DNA of 64,000 bases from Rhodothermales bacterium (GTDB lineage: Bacteria; Bacteroidota; Rhodothermia; Rhodothermales; VXPQ01). Under the pieces are notes generated by a model, which saw only the letters and a list, made by a program, of their open reading frames with translations, was not told the origin of the DNA and ran no database searches. Location: positions 79,717 through 143,716 of the forward strand of contig JAJDWX010000038.1 of assembly GCA_022825385.1 (NCBI GenBank). Direction: 5' to 3'. The translations under genes were made by a program, and so were the position numbers. This document shows, piece by piece, positions 48,604 to 58,045 of this stretch (the stretch's first letter is position 1; every line of letters begins with the position of its first letter).

Positions 48604-49539
48604 ATGTCCAAACTGACTGTCATAGGAGCCGGGAACGTGGGCGCTACGGTCGCCGACTGCGTAGCGAGAAAAGACATCGTGCGCGAAATCGCGCTGATCG
48701 ACATCGTCGAAGGGCTGCCGCAAGGGAAAGCCCTCGACATGCAGGAATCCGCGCCCGTGCACGGTTTCGACACGCGCGTTACGGGCACGAACGCCTACGA
48801 AGACACGGCGGGCTCGGATATATGCGTGATCACGGCGGGCCGCCCTCGCACCGCCGATATGTCCCGCGACGACCTGCTGGAGCTGAACGCCAGCATCGTG
48901 CAGTCGGTCGCCAGACAATTCGCCGCCCACAGCCCGGACGCCATTATCGTGGTCGTTTCGAACCCGCTGGACGCCATGACCTCCGTAGCGCATGCCGCCA
49001 GCGGCTTTCCCGCGCAGCGCGTGATGGGCATGGCGGGCATACTCGATACGGCAAGGTACCGCGCCTTCGTCGCGCTGGAACTGGGCGTATCGGTGCGCGA
49101 CGTGCAAGCGCTCCTCCTTGGCGGACACGGCGATTCGATGGTGCCGCTCCCCAGCTGCACCACCGTCGGCGGCGTGCCGGTATCCGAATTGCTTTCCCCG
49201 GAAACGCTCCAGGCCATCGTGGAACGCACCAAAGGCGGAGGCGGCGAAATTTCCAGGCTCATGGGGGCTTCGGCGTGGTACGCGCCGGGCGCTTCGGCCG
49301 CCGCAATGGTTGAATCCGTGATGAATAATCTCGGCCGCGTATTGCCCTGCGCCGTGCAACCTTCCGGTCAATACGGCCTCAGCGACCTGTTCATCGGCCT
49401 GCCTGCCCGACTCGGACGCAACGGCGTGGAAAACATCCTTGAAGTCGCCCTCTCCGACGAGGAACAGGCCCTGCTGGACGCTTCCGCGGCGCATGTGCGG
49501 CGGAATCTCGACACGCTGCGGCAAAAAGGATTCGCGTAG
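48604..49539 (+). CDS. mdh: Malate dehydrogenase (LDH-like MDH)
   Basis: MSKLTVIGAGNVGATVA; VITAGRPR; VSNPLDAMT; LLGGHGDSMVP. Confidence 0.9.
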   Translation: MSKLTVIGAGNVGATVADCVARKDIVREIALIDIVEGLPQGKALDMQESAPVHGFDTRVTGTNAYEDTAGSDICVITAGRPRTADMSRDDLLELNASIVQSVARQFAAHSPDAIIVVVSNPLDAMTSVAHAASGFPAQRVMGMAGILDTARYRAFVALELGVSVRDVQALLLGGHGDSMVPLPSCTTVGGVPVSELLSPETLQAIVERTKGGGGEISRLMGASAWYAPGASAAAMVESVMNNLGRVLPCAVQPSGQYGLSDLFIGLPARLGRNGVENILEVALSDEEQALLDASAAHVRRNLDTLRQKGFA

Positions 49540-49853
49540 GCGTTCGCCAGGTTCCGAAGAAGTATTTCCGGTGAATATCACCCTCCGGCGACGCGTCAGG
49601 AAGGCGGTCGCGCCGCTTTTCCAGCATTTCCTTGCGGATACCGCTTGAATCCGCGGCAAAAATGCCTTATATTAACTGGATAGGCTTGTTTTCGCCCTGC
49701 GGAAACACGCTGAGCCCAAACCAACGAGCAGGCGCGGGGCGAACCCTTCCCCGCAAAACCAAAGAACAGGACGTGGCGGTATTGCAGAAAAAGATCGTAA
49801 CGAAGAAAACCTCCCGGACCGCTTTGAACAAGCGGCAGTCGGCCCTCGCCGAA

Positions 49854-50438
49854 ATGACGGACGAGGATTTGATGTCGCAGTTCCAGGCAGGTTCCGTGGC
49901 GGCGTTCAATATTCTCGTGGAACGGTATTCCGAGCGCTTGACCCATTACCTCTACGGGTTTCTGGGAGATATGCGCCGTTGCGAAGACCTGCTCCAGGAA
50001 ACGTTCCTGCGCGTATACCGCAATCGGCACTCGTACCGGCGAATCGCCAAGTTTTCGACCTGGCTCTACACGATCGCGGGCAACCTGGCGCGCTCGGAGT
50101 ACCGCAAGCGCAAGCGCCGCCGCCTGTACTCCATCCAGAGCGTAAATCGGGATAACGAGGAGTACGAGATGCAATTGCCGGACGAATCGTTCTCGCCCGA
50201 CAAGCATACGGAAAGCATCATTCAGGACAAGTACATTCAGCAGGCGCTGGACGATATTCCCGCGTCGTTCCGGGAAGTGGTCGTGCTGCGCGACGTGCAG
50301 CAACTGGCCTACGACGAGATCGCGGAAATCACCGGCCTGCCGATGGGCACGGTCAAAAGCCGCATCAATCGCGGGCGCACGAAGTTGCAGACCCTCCTGA
50401 AGGACGTATATCCTTTCTACGAACCGGCTGCGGTGTAA
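49854..50438 (+). CDS. ECF-type RNA polymerase sigma-70 factor
   Basis: ORF 49632..50438. ATG 49854 (MTDEDLMSQFQAG) sits just ahead of region 2 (FNILVERYSERL...LLQETFLRVY). Region 4: VVVLRDVQQLAYDEIAEITGLPMGTVKSRINRGR. GTG 49773 is an alternative start. Confidence 0.8.
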   Translation: MTDEDLMSQFQAGSVAAFNILVERYSERLTHYLYGFLGDMRRCEDLLQETFLRVYRNRHSYRRIAKFSTWLYTIAGNLARSEYRKRKRRRLYSIQSVNRDNEEYEMQLPDESFSPDKHTESIIQDKYIQQALDDIPASFREVVVLRDVQQLAYDEIAEITGLPMGTVKSRINRGRTKLQTLLKDVYPFYEPAAV

Positions 50439-50484
50439 GCCCGCCCGGCCTTGTTTTCGCGACGCGCTTGCGACGCTTTTTTCG

Positions 50485-50519
50485 ACCGGCGCCGTCCCCT
50501 GAGGCGGCGCCGGTTTTTT
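50485..50519 (+). terminator. Rho-independent terminator after the sigma-factor gene
   Basis: ACCGGCGCCG (50485-50494), a 10-nt loop, CGGCGCCGGT (50505-50514), then TTTTT continuing the run to 50519. Confidence 0.65.
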
Positions 50520-50551
50520 ATTCGCGGACCGGCTGATCACGTCCGCAAATC

Positions 50552-53500
50552 TCAGGGGTCGACGGACGAGGCAAGCGACGCGCGCGCGAAATCTTCCCGC
50601 AGAATCCGGTCCAGCGTTTCCACGTACCGATCCGCCCCGGACGCCGAAATAACCAGCGGCGGCTTGATTTTGAGCACATTTCCGTACGGCCCGTCCGCGC
50701 TGGCCAGAATGCCCGAAGCGCGCATCCGCTCCACCACATAGGAAGCTGCCGCGCCCGCCGGTTCTTTCGACGTCCGGTTGGCCACCAGTTCCACGCCCAG
50801 GAAAAGGCCGCGGCCGCGTACGTCGCCGATGATTTCGTGCGTTTCGGCAAGCGCCATGAGCCCGTCCCGGAATTGCCGGCCCCGCTCCAGTGCATGCTGC
50901 GCGAGTCCTTCCTCCTCGATCGCGTCCAGGACGGCCAGGCCCGCCGCGCAGGAAGCCGGACTGCCGCCGAAGGTATTGAAATATTCCATTCCGGTATCGA
51001 AGGAGCGCGCCAATTCCGGGGTCGTTACGACCGCGCCCAACGGATAGCCGTTGCCAATGGGTTTCCCCATCGTTACGACGTCCGGCAGGGCGCCCTGGAG
51101 TTCGAAGGCCCAGAACGCCTCGCCCATGCGTCCGAACCCGGTCTGCACCTCGTCCGCAATGCATACGACGCCCGCCGCCCTAGCCGCTTCGAACGCCTTC
51201 CGAAGATACCCTTCGGGAAAAAACACTTGCCCGGCGCAGCCCATCGCCGACTCGGCGATAAACGCCGCCACGCCCTCCGGGGCCTCGGCCAGCGCCCGCC
51301 GAAGCAGCGCCGCATGATGGTCCGCGTCGCCCGCGTGCCGGTACGGATCGGGCGTGGGCACGATGTGCGCGTGCGGCGGGCAGCCTTCGCCGCCTTTCCC
51401 GTCGAATTTGTACGAACTGACGTCAATGAGCGACGACAAATGGCCATGATAGGCGTGCCGGATCGCCGCTACGCGCCGAAAACCCGTGTGGGCCCGCGCA
51501 ATGCGCAGCGCCAGATCGTTGGCCTCGCTCCCGCTGTTTACGAAAAAACATACGGACAGCGGATCGGGGAGTCGGGCGGTCAGGCGTTCCGCATAGGCGC
51601 TCAATTCGTCGTAGAGGTAGCGCGTGTTCGTATTCAGTACGCGCAACCGCCGCGCTACGGCTTCCGCCACGCCGGGATGCCCATGCCCTACGTGCGCCAC
51701 GTTGTTCACCGTGTCGAGAAAGGGCTGCCCGTCCCGGTCGTACAGAAAGGCCCCGTGCCCCCGGTGTATGCACAGGGGCGTCCGGTACGAAACGCTCAGC
51801 GACGGCGCAATGCGTTCGCGGCGGCGAGACAACGACTCCGACGCATCCGCCGACCGGGGCGCGCGAGCGGAGGCGGAAAGCCCCAGCAAGTCGGACGGAT
51901 CGGGCGAAACGGCCATCCATACATCCCGGCACCATGGCGGCGCCACCCCCGGGAAAGCCCCTTCGATATGCATCCGGTCCGCTACGATCTGCACATGCGC
52001 GTGCGGCGCCCAGCCCCCGTTTTCGTCCGCCGTCCCGATCTCTGCGATTTTTTCCCCGGCCCGTACGGTCGCGCCAACCTGCACTCCCCGAATCGAGGCG
52101 CGGGACAAGTGGCCGTACAGCGTACAGAACGACGGACCGTCTTCGGGAGCGTGTTCAAGCAATACCGTCGGGCCGTAATCACAGGGCGCGTCGTAGTCCG
52201 CCACGCTGCGAACCACGCCGTCGAGCGGCGCGAAAACCGGGCTGCCCGGCGGCTGGAACAAATCGACGCCCAAATGGACCGTGCGCATTTCGGAACCCGT
52301 TTCGTACTGCGGACCCCGGTACGCCAGGCGCACTTCGGCATACCGGCCAAGGCCCGCCTCCGCGCCCGCCTCCTGCATCCTGCGCTCGATTTCGCGCGCC
52401 GACCGATCCGGATTCGAAAGATCCCGGAATCTCCAGTCCGAACTCTTCGTACTGAAATCGAATGTTTCCATGGCAGAAGCGGAGGCGGCCACAACCGGGG
52501 CAAACGTTCCCTTGCGGCGACGGCACCAGGCGACGGTCCGGGCGCCGTTCGGACACGGCTCGTACCCGCAGGCCTGCCGAATCGCATATTCCGCAAAGCG
52601 CGGCGGGACGTCGCGCAGAAGCGCCAGCGTACGCAGCGCCGGTTCCCGGCTGACCGACAAATAGGCGTTGTCCGGCTCCATCCGCTGCTGCTCCGCGGAC
52701 ATGCACACGCTGACGCAGAGCCGCATGGCCAGAAAGGGAAACAGGACCGCCGTTTCGCACTCTTCGAGCGGGAAAACCCGGTGACAACTTCTTGCCATGG
52801 CGACGGCGGCGCGCAGCGGATCGGGCGTCCCCAGCACGCCGTACGCCGTAGCCACCGCCAGGTCGGCCACCGCATACGAAACGAGCATGTCTCCAAAGTC
52901 AATCAGCCCGACGATCCGGCGGGTTCGATGCGAAGGGCCATTCGCCAACACATTCCAGTCGTTGGCGTCGTGGTGCGTCGCGCTCCGGCGCAACCGGTCG
53001 CCGCAACGCGCCAGCGCTTCCCTGAAAAGCCGGACGAACGGTTCGACGAGCCGCCGTTCGTCCGGCGACAGCAAATCCAGCCGCCCGGTCGCCGTTTCTG
53101 CGGCGCGGGCCAGGTCCCAGACAAGCGGGCGCCCCAGCGCGGGATGCGAAAAATCCGCCAGCGCGGCGGACAGGCGCCCCGCGAACCGCCCCAGGTCGGA
53201 CAACAGATCCAGCGTGCGCGGGCGGACCGAAGCCAGCGGTACGCCAGGCACCCAGGAAAGCAATCGGGCGAAATGCGGGCGCCCCGCCGGATCGGACACG
53301 CGTACGATATCCTCGCCGCCGGACGAGGATACGACCGAAGGCGCCGCAAGGCCGCCCGCCGCAAGATGGCGCATGGCGGCGTGCTGCGCCTCCAGCGGCT
53401 CGCGCTCCTCCAGCGCATGCGCGATCTTGAATACGAAGGAAGGGTCCTCTGAAAAAGACCCGTCCGCCGCTTCCGTATGCACGGCGAAATTGCAATCCCT

Positions 53501-53635
53501 GTCGCTTGGGAGCGGCTTGAGGCGCGCGGACAGGCCGTAGCGCTCGGCAAGGATCCGACAGGCCGCGTCGGCCTCGAACCGGGGGCGCCCCCGGGTGCTA
53601 TCGGCAGCCTGGCGGCGCAGGGCGTCCCCGGTCAT
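50552..53635 (-). CDS. Tri-domain protein: aminoglycoside-phosphotransferase-like kinase + M23 (LytM-like) domain + class III PLP aminotransferase fold
   Basis: ORF 50552..54133 trimmed to ATG 53635 (MTGDALRRQ). LIDFGDMLVSYAVADLA is APH-like. HLGVDLF...LYGHL...PHAHVQI is M23-like. FFVNSGSEANDLALR, ADEVQTGFGRMG and TMGKPIGNGYPLGAVV are aminotransferase class III. Confidence 0.8.
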   Translation of the reverse strand: MTGDALRRQAADSTRGRPRFEADAACRILAERYGLSARLKPLPSDRDCNFAVHTEAADGSFSEDPSFVFKIAHALEEREPLEAQHAAMRHLAAGGLAAPSVVSSSGGEDIVRVSDPAGRPHFARLLSWVPGVPLASVRPRTLDLLSDLGRFAGRLSAALADFSHPALGRPLVWDLARAAETATGRLDLLSPDERRLVEPFVRLFREALARCGDRLRRSATHHDANDWNVLANGPSHRTRRIVGLIDFGDMLVSYAVADLAVATAYGVLGTPDPLRAAVAMARSCHRVFPLEECETAVLFPFLAMRLCVSVCMSAEQQRMEPDNAYLSVSREPALRTLALLRDVPPRFAEYAIRQACGYEPCPNGARTVAWCRRRKGTFAPVVAASASAMETFDFSTKSSDWRFRDLSNPDRSAREIERRMQEAGAEAGLGRYAEVRLAYRGPQYETGSEMRTVHLGVDLFQPPGSPVFAPLDGVVRSVADYDAPCDYGPTVLLEHAPEDGPSFCTLYGHLSRASIRGVQVGATVRAGEKIAEIGTADENGGWAPHAHVQIVADRMHIEGAFPGVAPPWCRDVWMAVSPDPSDLLGLSASARAPRSADASESLSRRRERIAPSLSVSYRTPLCIHRGHGAFLYDRDGQPFLDTVNNVAHVGHGHPGVAEAVARRLRVLNTNTRYLYDELSAYAERLTARLPDPLSVCFFVNSGSEANDLALRIARAHTGFRRVAAIRHAYHGHLSSLIDVSSYKFDGKGGEGCPPHAHIVPTPDPYRHAGDADHHAALLRRALAEAPEGVAAFIAESAMGCAGQVFFPEGYLRKAFEAARAAGVVCIADEVQTGFGRMGEAFWAFELQGALPDVVTMGKPIGNGYPLGAVVTTPELARSFDTGMEYFNTFGGSPASCAAGLAVLDAIEEEGLAQHALERGRQFRDGLMALAETHEIIGDVRGRGLFLGVELVANRTSKEPAGAAASYVVERMRASGILASADGPYGNVLKIKPPLVISASGADRYVETLDRILREDFARASLASSVDP

Positions 53636-53793
53636 GGCGCAGGCTCGAATGCGATATGGAGCGGGTCCGTCCCCGATTCCTGCCTGTGCGCCTCGGGGAC
53701 CCGCGCTTCTTCTTCGGGCGCGCCGCATCCGGCGCATGCGAGCACAAGCGGGAAAACGAACGGCAAAAGGAAGCGGCGAACGATGCAAAGCAT
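53632..53793 (-). CDS. Small (53-aa) putative lipoprotein, translationally coupled to the tri-domain gene
   Basis: ATG at 53793 within ORF 53632..53964 gives MLCIVRRFLLPFVFPLVLACAGCGAPEEE... (signal peptide plus lipobox). Its TGA (53634-53632) overlaps the downstream ATG (53635-53633) as ATGA. Confidence 0.45.
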   Translation of the reverse strand: MLCIVRRFLLPFVFPLVLACAGCGAPEEEARVPEAHRQESGTDPLHIAFEPAP

Positions 53794-54131
53794 AAAAACT
53801 CCTCGAAACAGGCAGAAAAGGGTGAATACCCGCCCTGACGTACAGAGTTTCGGAAATCCGAATGCGCCCGGCGGCGAGCAACGCAAGCAGCGGCGCCCGC
53901 GCGCGCGGCCGGCGCCCCTGCCGGCCCTCCCGACCGTCCCCGAAACGCCCGATCCGCGTAACATTTCTTGCGGAACGAAAAGCGCGTCCGTTCATATTAT
54001 GCGTTCGAGGGTTTTTCTGTTCGGTCAGATCGCTGCGCCTGGAAACGCCGTATCCGCCCGACGCCGCGCTTCCGAAGCCCGGCGGAAACCCCCGAATCGC
54101 CACCCACCACATTTTGCACCGCATTAAAACC

Positions 54132-56510
54132 ATGGCAACCCAACGCTACCGTATGCTGCTCGCCGCTTTCCTGGCTTCCGTCTGCCTTGTCGGGACGGCG
54201 CAAGCCCAAAAAGGATTTGGCAAGGCCGTCCTGATCTCCGGGGACCGCATTGTTGTCGGAGAACCGGATAACCTGTACCGTCCCGGCGCCGTGTACGTCT
54301 TCCATCGGGCGGACGGAGCCTGGGTGCAGGAAGCCGTGCTTACGGCGACGGACGCCGAAATGAACGACGGATTCGGGGGCAGCCTGGCGATCAAAGGAGA
54401 TTTGCTTGTCGCGGGATCGTCCGGGCCGGACGGACAAGCCGGTTCCGCCCACGTATTCCATCGCATGGACGGCAGCTGGATGCATCAGGCGACCCTTGCG
54501 GGCGAGGGCGCCGGACCCGACGACGCCTTTGGCGCGACGGTTGGCCTGAGCGACGGCGCCGTGTTCGTTGGCGCGCCGGCGGCCGACTCGTCCGCGGGAA
54601 CCGCCTACGTGTTCGAACAGGACGCCGACGGCATGTGGATGCAGACGGGCCAGTTGCATGGCAGCGAAGTAGAAGGAGGCGGGCGTTTCGGAACCGCGAT
54701 CGCCGCCGCAGACGGGCGGGCATTCGTCGCAGCCCATGGCGGCAATGACGCGGCGGGCGGCGTGTACCTGTTCGAACGAGACGCATCCTCCGGCGAATGG
54801 ACCGAATCGCAACTGCTGAAAGGACGCGTCTCGGCAGAAGGCGACCGCTACGGCGCTTCGCTTGACCTCATGGGCGATCAATTGCTGGTCGGCATACCCT
54901 GGTTCGCCAACCGGACGGGCGGCGCCATCATGTACCACCGGGACGACGCGTCGAACGGATGGGAATCGGCCATGTTGCTCCTGCCCTTCGCCGCCTCCAA
55001 CCCGCCCGCCTTCGCATCCGGCCTCGCGCTGAGCGACAACGAAATATGGAGCGCCGCCCCCTTCGCCGCGAATGCGCGCGGCGGCGTCTACCGGTTCAAA
55101 AAAGCCGAGGACGGCGGCTACGCCAAATCCACGATGCTCGATCTTCCCGATTTGCAGCGCGGCGATTTGTTCGGGGGCGCGCTGGACGTTTCCGGAAACC
55201 TTGCGGTCGTCGGCCTCAGCAGAGCCGACTTCGGCGCAGGCGTGGTCGCCGTGTTCGAACGAGACGAGGACGGCGACTGGAAGCAGACGGAAACGCTGCG
55301 CAGCCCGGCGGGCGGCCTGGAAGCCGTCACGGGGGACAGGGTAGATTGCGCGGAAGGCGCCGCCGGCGTCTTTTCCTGCGACATGGTGGACATGCTTGCG
55401 TTTCTCCCGATAGCCGATCTGGGCGGAGAACGCGGCGTGCAGGTGAACGACATCTGGGGCTGGACCGACCCGGAAAGCGGGCGGGAATACGCGCTCGTCG
55501 GACGCATGGACGGGACCTCGTTCGTGGACGTAACGGACCCCTCGAACCCGGTCTATCTTGGCAACCTGCCCAAGACGGAAGGCACGCCGGGCGCCGTCTG
55601 GCGGGACATCAAGGTGTATAAGGACCATGCCTTCATCGTTGCGGACGCCGCCGAGGAGCACGGCGTACAGATATTCGACCTGACGCAATTGCGCGCGGTC
55701 GGCGACCTGCCCGTAACGTTCGAGCAAACGGCGCATTACGACGGGATCAACAGCGCGCACAATATCGTCATCAACACGGACACCGGCTTTGCGTACACCG
55801 TGGGCGGCCGGGCCGGCGGGGAAACCTGCGGCGGCGGCCTGCACATGATCAATATCCAGGACCCGACCAATCCTGTGTTCGCCGGATGCTATTCCGCGTC
55901 GGGCACCGGGCGCGCCGGCACGGGATACTCCCACGACGCGCAATGCCTCGTCTACCGCGGCCCGGATTCGGACTACGCCGGACGCGAGCTCTGCTTCGGC
56001 TCCAACGAAACCGCACTGAATATTGCGGACGTTACGGACAAGGACGCTCCGGTCAATATCGCTACGGCGGAATATCCAAGCGTGTCCTACACCCATCAGG
56101 GCTGGATCAGCGAAGACCATCAATACTTCTTCGTCAACGACGAACTGGACGAGATTAGCGGCGCCGTTCCGGAAACCCGCACCCTCATCTGGGACATTAC
56201 GGACATCGACGACCCCCAGCTCGTCAAGGAATATACGTGGGGAAGCCGGGCGTCGGACCACAACCTGTATATCCGCGGGAACCTGATGTATCAGTCGAAT
56301 TATGTCAGCGGGCTTCGCATCCATGACGTGAGCGACCCCATGAACCCCCGCGAGGTGGGCTATTTCGACACGATGCCGGTAGGCGACAACAACTCGGGCT
56401 TTGCCGGATCCTGGAGCAACTATCCGTTCTTCGAGAGCGGCACCATTGTGGTTTCCAGTATCGGCGAAGGCCTTTTCGTCCTGAAGAAGAAGCAGGAACT
56501 CGGCCTTTAA
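54132..56510 (+). CDS. Secreted protein: N-terminal FG-GAP-like repeats + C-terminal choice-of-anchor B / LVIVD-repeat beta-propeller region
   Basis: ORF trimmed to ATG 54132 (MATQRYRMLLAAFLASVCLVGTAQA, signal peptide). Repeated GFGGSLAIKGDLLVAGS-type units. NDIWGWTDPESGREYALVGRMDGTSFVDVTDPSNPVYLG matches the choice-of-anchor B family as I recall it. Confidence 0.75.
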   Translation: MATQRYRMLLAAFLASVCLVGTAQAQKGFGKAVLISGDRIVVGEPDNLYRPGAVYVFHRADGAWVQEAVLTATDAEMNDGFGGSLAIKGDLLVAGSSGPDGQAGSAHVFHRMDGSWMHQATLAGEGAGPDDAFGATVGLSDGAVFVGAPAADSSAGTAYVFEQDADGMWMQTGQLHGSEVEGGGRFGTAIAAADGRAFVAAHGGNDAAGGVYLFERDASSGEWTESQLLKGRVSAEGDRYGASLDLMGDQLLVGIPWFANRTGGAIMYHRDDASNGWESAMLLLPFAASNPPAFASGLALSDNEIWSAAPFAANARGGVYRFKKAEDGGYAKSTMLDLPDLQRGDLFGGALDVSGNLAVVGLSRADFGAGVVAVFERDEDGDWKQTETLRSPAGGLEAVTGDRVDCAEGAAGVFSCDMVDMLAFLPIADLGGERGVQVNDIWGWTDPESGREYALVGRMDGTSFVDVTDPSNPVYLGNLPKTEGTPGAVWRDIKVYKDHAFIVADAAEEHGVQIFDLTQLRAVGDLPVTFEQTAHYDGINSAHNIVINTDTGFAYTVGGRAGGETCGGGLHMINIQDPTNPVFAGCYSASGTGRAGTGYSHDAQCLVYRGPDSDYAGRELCFGSNETALNIADVTDKDAPVNIATAEYPSVSYTHQGWISEDHQYFFVNDELDEISGAVPETRTLIWDITDIDDPQLVKEYTWGSRASDHNLYIRGNLMYQSNYVSGLRIHDVSDPMNPREVGYFDTMPVGDNNSGFAGSWSNYPFFESGTIVVSSIGEGLFVLKKKQELGL

Positions 56511-56638
56511 GGGCAGGCGACGGCAAGCGGGCGCATCGCGCATGAGCGCGGCGCAGCCCGCTTGCCCATGCCGCTTCCCCATGCCTTGCCAGCGCCCCCG
56601 CAAGCCTGTGCGCTTTGTATCCTTAATCAGCGTATCCT

Positions 56639-58045
56639 ATGCGGCGGAATTTTAAGCAGCGTATCCTTAAAACGGTTGTCCTCCCCTGCGCGCTGGGAGG
56701 CATCGTCATGGCGGCGTCCACGCCCCGGGCCGCCGGGCAAACGCACGGCGACGCGGTCTTTACGCGCGACGTCCTGCCGGTTATCCAGGAAATTTTCCTG
56801 CCGTTGCTGACAGCGGACACGGGCCTCGACGCAAGTTCGTGGGAAGCCCTGATGCGCGGCTCCGACCAGGGAGAAGTCGTCATTCCTTTCGACCCGGACC
56901 GCAGCTTGCTGATCGAGCGCGGCGTGGCGGCCGGCGTCGATCCCGACGCCCTTGCGCTTGCGCGAGCATGGATCGAACGCGGCGCGCAAAACGACGACGG
57001 CGAGGTCCCGTATTCGGACGGCGGGCCGTTCCTCTACGTATGCAACCAGGGATCCGCCGTAATCTCTGTGATCGACATGGAGGCGAACGTCGTGGTCCGC
57101 ACCGTGGACCTGCGCGATTTCGGGTTCTCCGAAAACGCCAGGCCCCACCATGTGGCGGTTACCCCGGATGGGGCGTTCTGGTTCGTATCGCTCATCGGCG
57201 AGCACGCCATCCTGAAATTCAACCGGGACAACGAACTCACAGGCCAGGCGCCGTTCGAAGCGCCGGGCATGCTGGCCTTCGACCCCGTACTGGGGCAGTT
57301 GTACGCGGGACGGTCCATGAGCGCCGTGAATCCGCCGCAGCGCATCGGCATTATCGAGCCGGACAGCATGGCGGTCGAGGAAATCGACGTATTCCATCCC
57401 CGACCGCACGCCCTGAACGTAACCCCGGACGGAAAGCATGTGTTCAGCGCCAGCCTCGGCATGAACCAGATCGCCGTCCTGGACGCCGAATCGCTGGATA
57501 TCGAACTCGTCCCCGTCCCGGGCATGCACCACAGCCTGGTGCAATTCGCCATAGCGCCCGACGGACACTCCATGATCGTTGGCGGACACATGAGCGGCGA
57601 CGTGCTGCTACTCGACCTCGCGGAGCCGATGCAGCCGAAGGTTACGCGCGCCTTGCCCCTCGGCGGCGGCCCCTGGCATCCATCGTTTCTGCCGGGCGGC
57701 GACCGCGTGGTTTTCCCCGCCAAGATGGCCAACGCCGTCGCCATCCTTAACGCCGCCGACGGAACCGAAATCGCAACCATTTCCGGGCCGGGCGTCGCCG
57801 AACCGCACGGAAGCGCCGCGCGCCCGGACGGACGATACATTTACGTATCCAGCAATAACCTGAACGCCGCGTTTACGCCCCGATACCAGGAAACAACCCC
57901 GGAAGGCAACGAAACACGCAACGCAACGCCCAACGGCTCGGTGGCGGTTATCGACGCGAACACGTTCGACATCGTAAAGGTCATCGAGGTGGAACAGTAT
58001 CCCACGGGCATAGGCGCCCAGCGGGACGTCATGACCGCCCCATGA
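56639..58045 (+). CDS. YVTN-family beta-propeller repeat protein, secreted
   Basis: LYVCNQGSAVISVIDMEANVVVRTVDL and further propeller blades; N-terminal signal-like segment. Confidence 0.7.
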   Translation: MRRNFKQRILKTVVLPCALGGIVMAASTPRAAGQTHGDAVFTRDVLPVIQEIFLPLLTADTGLDASSWEALMRGSDQGEVVIPFDPDRSLLIERGVAAGVDPDALALARAWIERGAQNDDGEVPYSDGGPFLYVCNQGSAVISVIDMEANVVVRTVDLRDFGFSENARPHHVAVTPDGAFWFVSLIGEHAILKFNRDNELTGQAPFEAPGMLAFDPVLGQLYAGRSMSAVNPPQRIGIIEPDSMAVEEIDVFHPRPHALNVTPDGKHVFSASLGMNQIAVLDAESLDIELVPVPGMHHSLVQFAIAPDGHSMIVGGHMSGDVLLLDLAEPMQPKVTRALPLGGGPWHPSFLPGGDRVVFPAKMANAVAILNAADGTEIATISGPGVAEPHGSAARPDGRYIYVSSNNLNAAFTPRYQETTPEGNETRNATPNGSVAVIDANTFDIVKVIEVEQYPTGIGAQRDVMTAP

